From: Victivallales bacterium
Lineage (GTDB): Bacteria > Verrucomicrobiota > Lentisphaeria > Victivallales > SZUA-371
Reading direction: 5' to 3'
DNA length: 28,521 nucleotides
Assembly (NCBI GenBank): GCA_028691155.1
Contig: JAQUZV010000001.1
Coordinates: 1 to 28,521 of the forward strand
Both the position numbers and the translations under genes were made by a program. This document shows, piece after piece, positions 17,240-24,605 of this stretch (within the stretch, counting starts at the first letter, position 1; every line of letters begins with the position of its first letter). Under the pieces are notes generated by a model, which worked only from the letters and a program-made list of their open reading frames with translations, had not been told where the DNA came from and searched no databases.

Positions 17240-17785
17240 ATGGGTAAGCTTGGTGATGCTTTCAAAGCATTTTGGTCCGTTTGGAGAGGGCCGTCCCGGT
17301 CTGCAAACGGGGTGACGGTCAAAGCACTGGAAGAGACCGAAGCGGAGTCTTCTCTTCGGACCGGAGAGAAGAAATTATCCGTTACCGCAAAAGACAACCG
17401 GGAAAGTTTTGAGAACGGAGCGCTGTATACATTGGCATTGTTGCAGCGGGAAGGGCGGCTGATTGATTTTTTGATGGAAAGTATTGACAGCTACGAAGAC
17501 AATCAGATCGGGGCCGCCGTACGCCGTATTCATGCCAGCTGCCGTCGGGCGTTGCAGGAATATTACCAGATCAGGCGTATTGTGGAGACTCCGGAAGGCG
17601 GAGCTTTCGAGGTCGACGCCAAGATGGATCATAGCCGGATCCGGTTGGTCGGCAATATTCCCGATATGGTTCCTTTCAAAGGCGTGGTTCAGCATTGCGG
17701 CTGGGAGGCGGTACGGCTGGATTTGCCGGAGCGCCACAGCAATGTCAATACCCGAATTATTTATCCGGCGGAAGTCGGATTTTAA
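17240..17785 (+). CDS. DUF2760 domain protein (181 aa)
   Basis: Motif LALLQREGRLIDFLME...QIGAAVRRIHASCR...GVVQHCGW...PAEV. AGGAG at 17226-17230 favours the ATG at 17240; the track start at 17087 runs through a terminator. Confidence 0.8.
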   Translation: MGKLGDAFKAFWSVWRGPSRSANGVTVKALEETEAESSLRTGEKKLSVTAKDNRESFENGALYTLALLQREGRLIDFLMESIDSYEDNQIGAAVRRIHASCRRALQEYYQIRRIVETPEGGAFEVDAKMDHSRIRLVGNIPDMVPFKGVVQHCGWEAVRLDLPERHSNVNTRIIYPAEVGF

Positions 17786-17977
17786 GGTTGAGTTTCGCCG
17801 GACATTTTTGAAGTAACGTTGGTGTCGGTGATGAACGGCGGCAACGTCGCAGATGCCGGGCGAAAATAGCGCGGCATAATTAACTGTCGGTGCGGGATGG
17901 AGCTTAAGAAATGTGTCCTTCCCCCCGGCTTGATGGCGGATCACATTTTCTGTTGATTTTTCAAGCGGCAGATGAAA

Positions 17978-18733
17978 TCAGTGCCAGAGTTTTTGATACC
18001 ACTTCAGCTTCGGGAGAACCCGGTGCGGGCGGTTTCCATTGATTATTCGTTGCGGGTTGTCGTTCAACCAGGCATTGGTGCATTCGGCGCCGTAACGCTT
18101 CAATAATTTGTCATAAACGGCACTCATTCGCCAGACGGGGCGACGGGCACTGTGGGTGTCTCCGGCGATAAAATGGCAGAGTCCGTTATCCAATAACCGA
18201 TAAGCCTGGTGTCGTACCTTCGGGCCGTAATCCCCCAGTAACGAACCGGCATTGACTTGTAGTCCGATTCCGGCTTCCATCAGTTCGTTTCCGGTGGTTA
18301 CGGCATCGAAAAACAATCTTTCCGGATGGACGGCAATGATCTGCCGCACCTGCTTGGCTTGCGACCAGTTGGTTAAATTGGTCCAGTCGGACGGCAGATA
18401 TCCCAATGCGAAATCCACCAGCAGCGTTGTTTTTCCGTTCAATAGAACCAAATCTTCTTCCGCGTTTTTTTGCCGCAACTTAATCAGATCGGTGTAGTCA
18501 TATTCCAACCCGGCAACCAATTTGATGGCATATTCTTCCGCCGCAATTTTCTGCCATTCGGAAAAAATTTCGCGGTATTTCGTTACCGATACGGCAGAGG
18601 AATGAGAAGTTGCAGCAATTACCTTGACCCCATTTTTAGCGGCAGTCGTAAACATCTCCCGAGTTTCTTCCGGGCTGGAGGACCCGTCGTCTACTTGGGG
18701 GAGAATATGGCAATGCAGATCGATAAACTTCAT
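17978..18733 (-). CDS. PHP-family protein-tyrosine phosphatase (CpsB/CapC/YwqE type)
   Basis: Motifs IDLHCHILPQVDDG, ATSH, AVHPER, QVNAGSLLG and FIAGDTH; ATGA overlap with the kinase stop. Confidence 0.92.
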   Translation of the reverse strand: MKFIDLHCHILPQVDDGSSSPEETREMFTTAAKNGVKVIAATSHSSAVSVTKYREIFSEWQKIAAEEYAIKLVAGLEYDYTDLIKLRQKNAEEDLVLLNGKTTLLVDFALGYLPSDWTNLTNWSQAKQVRQIIAVHPERLFFDAVTTGNELMEAGIGLQVNAGSLLGDYGPKVRHQAYRLLDNGLCHFIAGDTHSARRPVWRMSAVYDKLLKRYGAECTNAWLNDNPQRIINGNRPHRVLPKLKWYQKLWH

Positions 18734-20334
18734 TTTACTGCTGGAATTTCTTCCTTTTTGGCTTTGCTTTGTTGTCCGTAACCATAACCATAGCCGTAAC
18801 CGTAACCGTAACCGTAACTATAGCCGTAACCATAACCGTATTTGCCGCCATAATTGAATTTGGCCGGAACAAAACGATTGAAGACACATCCGACGATATT
18901 CATCTGCAACTGCTTCAGTTGGTTTACCGCGCGTTCGACGGCATCGGAATTGGTTTTGCCGGCGCAGATTACCAGGACCACGCCATCGGCAATACGGCCG
19001 ACAATGGCGGCATCGGCGATCGACAGGCACGGCGGGGTGTCCAGAAGAATGAAGTCATAATTCTTCGATTGTTCTTTCAACATGGCGGAAAAGGCATCGG
19101 ACAGTAACAACTTGGAGGGATTGGGCGGTACCGGGCCGGAGGCCAGAAGATCCAGCGGCAGTCCCATGACATTGCGGACGACCACCTCATCAAAACTCTT
19201 TTCCCCAACCAGCACATTGACGGCGCCGACTTCGGATTTCAAGGCGAAAATTTTACCCATGAACGGCTTGTGCAAATCGCAGTTGATAAGCAGTACCCGT
19301 TTGCCGGAATCAGCCAGTGATGCGGCCAAATTAGTGGTGGTAAAAGTTTTTCCGTCATCGGGAAGCGTACTGGTGACCACAAAAATTTGAGCACGCGGTT
19401 CTGATAATGACATCGAATATTGCAGATTGGTCCGTAAGAGACGAAAACCTTCCGCTACCTGGAAATTGCGTTGCGCCACTTCTCCGACGGCGACAATTCG
19501 TCGTGGCGCCGCCGGATTATCCTCAATGTCATCGGCTTCGCGCAGGTCGTTGTCTTCAATAATAGTACCCAGTAACGGCAGGCTCAAACGCTCGGTAACT
19601 TCTTCCGGCAGCTTGAAACTGCGATCGAGAAAAAAGAGCAGGAGAAAATAGCCGAATGCAACCAGCGCTCCCAGAATAAAACCGCCGGCAAGGTTTATTT
19701 TCAGCGAAGGTGATGAGGGGTGAGACGGAATGAGAGCCCGGTCCAGAACCATGGCCCGCTGAAAATGCATTACTTCGTTGATGGTTTCGATGAAAACATC
19801 AACGGTGGTGTTTGCCACCAGTTGCGACAAGATCGGATTGGGACTGACAATGGAGATGTTAAGAGTATGAGTTTGGCGGGGAAAATCGACGAAGACCTTA
19901 TATTTTAATTTCGGCAGTTCGCATAATTTTCCGGCCTGCTTGTCCAGCCGGCCTTTTCTTCTCAACTCTATCAGCTGCTCCTTGACTTTGGTATCTACAA
20001 CTTCCTGCACCCGACGCGTGGCGATCAATTGCTTGTAGTCGTTGAGCAGCAGGTTGGCAAACGTCAGATCCTGATAGGTTACGGATGGTGCCGGCGGACG
20101 CTGTATATTGGTATTGTTGTCATTACTGTCCTTTTTATCCGTGTGAGATTTTGCCGACAATGACGGATCTTCGGGGCTCCAGGCAAAAATCATAACGTCG
20201 GCGGTATACATCGGGGTGATCAGAAATTTTGTGATCAGCAGCGCAATGATGATTCCTGCAACACCAGATGCAACAATACATTTCCAATGCCTGACGATGA
20301 TACTCCAAACGGTAAGAAAATCCAATTCTTTCAT
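18730..20334 (-). CDS. Bacterial tyrosine (BY) kinase, fused CapA/CpsC-like activator plus CapB/CpsD-like kinase
   Basis: Two TM helices around a short Wzz-like loop (TPMYTA...PSSPSLKINL); EGFRLLRTNL; Walker A TSTLPDDGKT; A' VLLINCDLHKP; B ILLDTPP; C-terminal Tyr cluster. Confidence 0.92.
   Translation of the reverse strand: MKELDFLTVWSIIVRHWKCIVASGVAGIIIALLITKFLITPMYTADVMIFAWSPEDPSLSAKSHTDKKDSNDNNTNIQRPPAPSVTYQDLTFANLLLNDYKQLIATRRVQEVVDTKVKEQLIELRRKGRLDKQAGKLCELPKLKYKVFVDFPRQTHTLNISIVSPNPILSQLVANTTVDVFIETINEVMHFQRAMVLDRALIPSHPSSPSLKINLAGGFILGALVAFGYFLLLFFLDRSFKLPEEVTERLSLPLLGTIIEDNDLREADDIEDNPAAPRRIVAVGEVAQRNFQVAEGFRLLRTNLQYSMSLSEPRAQIFVVTSTLPDDGKTFTTTNLAASLADSGKRVLLINCDLHKPFMGKIFALKSEVGAVNVLVGEKSFDEVVVRNVMGLPLDLLASGPVPPNPSKLLLSDAFSAMLKEQSKNYDFILLDTPPCLSIADAAIVGRIADGVVLVICAGKTNSDAVERAVNQLKQLQMNIVGCVFNRFVPAKFNYGGKYGYGYGYSYGYGYGYGYGYGYGQQSKAKKEEIPAVK
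18775..18840. repeat. Hexanucleotide tandem repeat encoding (Tyr-Gly)n
   Basis: Eleven 6-nt units ([a/g/t]c[c/t][a/g]ta), including four perfect CCGTAA copies at 18794-18817. Confidence 0.95.
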
Positions 20335-20721
20335 ATTCTTTCCATAAAAAACAATTATTCTAATTTTTACCCGTACAACAGTGTCGGAACCTCATCTCCC
20401 CTCAATCTATTTTTCATAATAAAGCCGGATATTGCAATATTGCAAGTTGAAGAGCGGTGAATCTTTATAGTTTTATCATCGTGCGTAATCGGGGCCTCAA
20501 TTTCTCAGCCGGAGCACCGGATGATATCTTGCATAAATATTGGAACGGTGAAAATATCCTGTTTTGTTCCGATGATGTTTGGGAATTTCCAAGTTCCAAA
20601 TCATTTCAAATGGGCTTTATCTTGATGTCGTTTACGGCATAAACGCCGCCGCCGTCGAAATGTTGCTCCCGGAATTGAAAAAATATCGCCCGGGAGAGGA
20701 AATACCGGTCAAGGGGAGAGA

Positions 20722-20798
20722 TGGTACGGTCGGCGGGGTTCGAACCCACGACCTTCTGCTCCGGAGGCAGACGCTCTATCCAGCTGAGCTACGACCGC
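20722..20798 (-). tRNA. tRNA-Arg (CCG)
   Basis: 77-nt cloverleaf GCGGTCG...CGACCGTACCA; anticodon arm tctgc-ctCCGga-gcaga; G1-U72 wobble pair. Confidence 0.97.
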
Positions 20799-21017
20799 AC
20801 TAATTTCAAGTATGCATAATAATGCCAGTAATTGATGATTTTTCAACCGCCGGATGAAAAAAAGCGCAAAAATAAGGAGATTTGTTTTGGGCTACTTGCC
20901 GCTGATACCAACCGTTCCGGTGAGATTGCGGGAGGATGACGCTTGGTTCGGTGGTGTATTTGATGGTGCCGTTTTTCTTTTCCAATTTAAAAATGTGCTT
21001 ACCGTCAAGACTGCTTA

Positions 21018-21060
21018 TTGCATTTTCCAGTGGCCGTGTTACACTATTTTTACCGGAGGT
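21018..21060 (+). promoter_or_regulatory. Putative promoter and RBS of the GH9-like gene
   Basis: TTGCAT-16 nt-TACACT with an extended TG; GGAGGT at 21055-21060. Confidence 0.55.
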
Positions 21061-21065
21061 TAATA

Positions 21066-24000
21066 ATGATGTTATGCCCGAAAAATTTTATGATGGCGGT
21101 ACTGTTGGGATTGCATATGACCGTTGCCGCGGTTGATACCGTTCCCGAATTTGCCGCTATGCCGGACAAGAAAACTACGGTTATGACCGTGATGGGATTG
21201 CGTTCCGTTCAGGCCGTGGCTCCTAATCGATTGCGCCTGGTGATCGGTCCTTCCGTGACGGATTGTTGCCGGGACCGCAATGCCTATCGGATTGTCAGCG
21301 AAGACGATCCGGCTTACTGCTATGAAAAATTCGTTGTTCCATCGGCTGTAACGCCGATTAAAGACGATTCCGGGGATGAATTGGCGATGCCGCCGGGGGT
21401 GATACCGCATCAGGGGGTGGTGGACGGTCCGTTGCGCCGGGATGTTGTGGAGTTGACGTTGCCGACGCCTATGCGCGAGGGCTGTCACTATGCCGTTGTG
21501 GCCATCGGCGAAAAAGGGGTGATGGTGACGGCGGCCCGAACCGGGATCGCCATGGTCTATCGGGCGCGGGAGCAGAACGGGGTGACACCGGAGTTGCGTT
21601 CTCCGTTGGTAATGTCCGTATTCGGCCTGCGGGGCGCGTCCAGTATCGGCAACCGGATTATAATGTTGGAATTCGGGCATGCTTTTTCCCCCCGTAACGG
21701 CACGGTGCCGGAAAATTACCGGGCTACCATCAACGGCGTGTCCGGGACAATTGCAGCCATGGGACGGCGAACGGTTCCCGACCTCTATTTGCCGACGGGG
21801 TGGCCATATCGGGTTTTTGTCCGGCACGAAATCTTTTTGGAGCTGGATCGGGAACTGAAAGACGGGGATCGGGTTCGCATTGAAGTCGATCCCGCGGTTA
21901 CCACCGGCGCCAATGCTACGGAATTTACTTTCGACCGGAAGAGATCGTATTCCGATTCCATCAAAGTCAACCAGGTGGGATATTTGCCTGGGGCCGTCAA
22001 GAATGCCTATCTTGGGCGTTGGCTCGGATCGTTTCCGGAACATCGGACGGCGGCATCCGGGGTGGATATTCGTCCCGAACAACTCTGGGGCGATGTTCCG
22101 TCCGGTGGCACTTTGCCATCGAAGGCCGATGCGGTTACCCCGGCTTCTTATGCGTTGAGTTTTTCCGTGCCGCCGGAATTCGAACTGATCGATGCGGCTA
22201 CCGGAAAAACGGTTTACCGCGGACAAAGCGTTTTGCGTCACAATGGGCGGGAGCGGGACGGGAAGGCCAATTATTCGGCGGAAAACGTCTATCTGCTGGA
22301 TTTTACCGCGTTTCGGACGCCGGGACGTTATTTTATTGCCGTGACCGGGGTCGGCCGCAGTCTGGAATTCGCCATCGATGACCGGGTTTATGAAGGAGCA
22401 TTCCGCCAACAGGCTTATGGGGTCTTTGCGCAACGTTGCGGGCAAAAACTGGAGCCGCCGTACTCTTCCTGGCGGCGTATTGCCTGCCATCGTTCCGGCA
22501 TTGTGGAAACGACGGAGAAACGTTATGAGGCCAAAACGGAGCACGGCAATTTTCCGGCCGGGTCGATGATGCAGCCCAATCCGGAGTATTCGGCTATTTG
22601 CCGTCGTCAGGAACGGTTGAAGCGTGATCCGTCCCTGATCGCGGAGTTGCTGTTCAACGGGACGGCGGCCGATTCCGGACCTCGGCAATTGCCGGTTGAC
22701 GCCGCCTCGCCGCGTTTTGCGGCCGATGCCGACGGTTCCGAACAATTTCTGACCCCCCGCGGCAACGCGGCCAACGGCATTGCCGTCGATCTCGGCCGTT
22801 GCGATTTGAACGGCGGTATTACTTTGGTCGGAGAGTTCCGCAAAAATCCCGGCAATCAGAAATATTACGGCGAGTTGTTTGCCTTGCGGGATGCCGGCGG
22901 CGGCAATCTGGTGTCGTTGCATGCCATTTGGGGCTTGCTGTGGTTGTATTCCGGCAACAAAGGCGTAAATTATCAGCGGGTCGGCGATGGCTGTTTCCAT
23001 CGTTATCTGATTACGGTTGCTCCTTTTAAGGACGGCCATTCCCGGGTGACTCTCTATGTCGACGGCAAGTCGGTGGCATCGTTGCCTTATCATGGGACGG
23101 CGACGGCGAAGATGTTGCAGTTGGCGCATCTGGACAACGAAGGGGCCGAAGGCACGGCATTCCGGCAGGTCCGGTTGTTCCGGCGCTGCTTTACTCCGGA
23201 AGAGATTGCTCTTTACGGGACTTTCGTGCCGCGTGAAATTCCGGTTAAGCTGCCGATTTACGGCGGTCATCATGACGCCGGCGACTACAATCCCCGTTCG
23301 CACCTCGACGTGGCGCAAATCCTGATGAGTACGTATGAAACCGCCCCGCAGAAATTTTTCGACGGACAGCTCAATATTCCCGAGCACGACAACGGGATTC
23401 CGGATATTCTCGACGAAGCGTTGTGGGCATTGCAGTTGTGGCGCGGACTGCAACGCGAGGACGGGGCGGTTCGTCACGGTACCGAGTCGGCCGGCGATCC
23501 CAATTTTGTCCAGACCGTGGAGCTGGACGACAAAGGTGACTTTGCCTGGGCTCCCGATTCCGGCAGTTCTTTTGCCGCCGCCGGAGCCATGGCCCAGGCG
23601 GCCCGGATTCTGCGCCCGTTCCGTCCGGAACTGGCCGCCGATTTTCTGTCCCGCGCCAGGAAGGCTTATCAGTGGGCGGTAAAACATCGTCCACAGATCG
23701 ACGATCCGGTGCGGTTCGGCGAGTATTTCCTCTGTCCTGCGGCTTATGCCGCCGCGGAACTGCTTCATACCACCGGGGAGGAAAAATACAATCTGGATTT
23801 TATGATCAACACGCCCTGGCGGCGTCGTCCCAAGGCCGATATGATCCAATACGGCAAATACGATTTGTCGCTGGCCGCGTACAGTTATGCCAATCTGCCC
23901 GACGATCTGGGTGATCCGGTGGTAAAACACGCGGTTAGGAGTGCGATTCTGCGCGAGGCGGACATGTATCTTGCCGATAATGAAAAAATGGCATACCGGT

Positions 24001-24446
24001 TTGTGCGTCATCCCTTTGCCCCGATTTCCTGGGGTGCCGGGGCTTATGAGACCCATCTGGTGCCGGTCTGGCAGGCCTGGCGGCTGACCCGCGATCCGCG
24101 CTATTTCGAATGGATGGTTCACACCTGTGACAATACGCTGGGGGCCAATCCGCTCAATTTAAGTTGGATCGTCGGCATCGGTTCCCGTACCGTGCGGGCG
24201 CCGCTGCACAACAGCCGTTACAATCCGACCGGCATGGTGGTGATCGGACAACAGGTGCAGGGGCCGAACGCCAATGGCGACGGCTATTCCTATCGCGACA
24301 GTGTGTTTCCGGCTCATGACCGCAGTTTTGCCGTCCTGTACAGTTTTGCCGATATGCATTTTGCCATTCCGATGGATGAAGGTACGGTGTCCAATCAGGT
24401 CCGGACGCTGGCGGCATTTGGTCTGCTGTTGCCGGATCACCACTGA
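21066..24446 (+). CDS. Secreted modular glycoside hydrolase family 9-like protein (1126 aa)
   Basis: GGAGGT then ATG at 21066; signal peptide; CelD_N-like IKVNQVGYLP...LLDFTAFRTPGRYFI; GH9 motifs AQRCG, GGHHDAGDY, IPDILDEALW, LGANPLNLSWIVGIG and C-terminal D...DEGT. Confidence 0.85.
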   Translation: MMLCPKNFMMAVLLGLHMTVAAVDTVPEFAAMPDKKTTVMTVMGLRSVQAVAPNRLRLVIGPSVTDCCRDRNAYRIVSEDDPAYCYEKFVVPSAVTPIKDDSGDELAMPPGVIPHQGVVDGPLRRDVVELTLPTPMREGCHYAVVAIGEKGVMVTAARTGIAMVYRAREQNGVTPELRSPLVMSVFGLRGASSIGNRIIMLEFGHAFSPRNGTVPENYRATINGVSGTIAAMGRRTVPDLYLPTGWPYRVFVRHEIFLELDRELKDGDRVRIEVDPAVTTGANATEFTFDRKRSYSDSIKVNQVGYLPGAVKNAYLGRWLGSFPEHRTAASGVDIRPEQLWGDVPSGGTLPSKADAVTPASYALSFSVPPEFELIDAATGKTVYRGQSVLRHNGRERDGKANYSAENVYLLDFTAFRTPGRYFIAVTGVGRSLEFAIDDRVYEGAFRQQAYGVFAQRCGQKLEPPYSSWRRIACHRSGIVETTEKRYEAKTEHGNFPAGSMMQPNPEYSAICRRQERLKRDPSLIAELLFNGTAADSGPRQLPVDAASPRFAADADGSEQFLTPRGNAANGIAVDLGRCDLNGGITLVGEFRKNPGNQKYYGELFALRDAGGGNLVSLHAIWGLLWLYSGNKGVNYQRVGDGCFHRYLITVAPFKDGHSRVTLYVDGKSVASLPYHGTATAKMLQLAHLDNEGAEGTAFRQVRLFRRCFTPEEIALYGTFVPREIPVKLPIYGGHHDAGDYNPRSHLDVAQILMSTYETAPQKFFDGQLNIPEHDNGIPDILDEALWALQLWRGLQREDGAVRHGTESAGDPNFVQTVELDDKGDFAWAPDSGSSFAAAGAMAQAARILRPFRPELAADFLSRARKAYQWAVKHRPQIDDPVRFGEYFLCPAAYAAAELLHTTGEEKYNLDFMINTPWRRRPKADMIQYGKYDLSLAAYSYANLPDDLGDPVVKHAVRSAILREADMYLADNEKMAYRFVRHPFAPISWGAGAYETHLVPVWQAWRLTRDPRYFEWMVHTCDNTLGANPLNLSWIVGIGSRTVRAPLHNSRYNPTGMVVIGQQVQGPNANGDGYSYRDSVFPAHDRSFAVLYSFADMHFAIPMDEGTVSNQVRTLAAFGLLLPDHH

Positions 24447-24605
24447 TCCGGTCCGGTGCCGGGATGCGGGACTACGCGGGATCATGGCGGTTCCGTCTCG
24501 GGGTCGGATGGAAATTTTTATTTTTTTGATTGCACTTATTCCGTAGTGATGATAGTGTACTATCTTACATTTAACAATGAACATTCCTAACGGTTAACTG
24601 GTTAT

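Noticed and set aside
18775-18840. CRISPR or other repeat-spacer array
   Set aside because: The only tandem repeat is this coding hexamer run; no spaced 23-47-nt repeats or cas genes in the window
21072-24122. 1016-aa antisense ORF over the GH9 gene
   Set aside because: It is in exact codon register with the sense gene, so it stays open because TTA, CTA and TCA codons are rare. No start signals or recognisable motifs.
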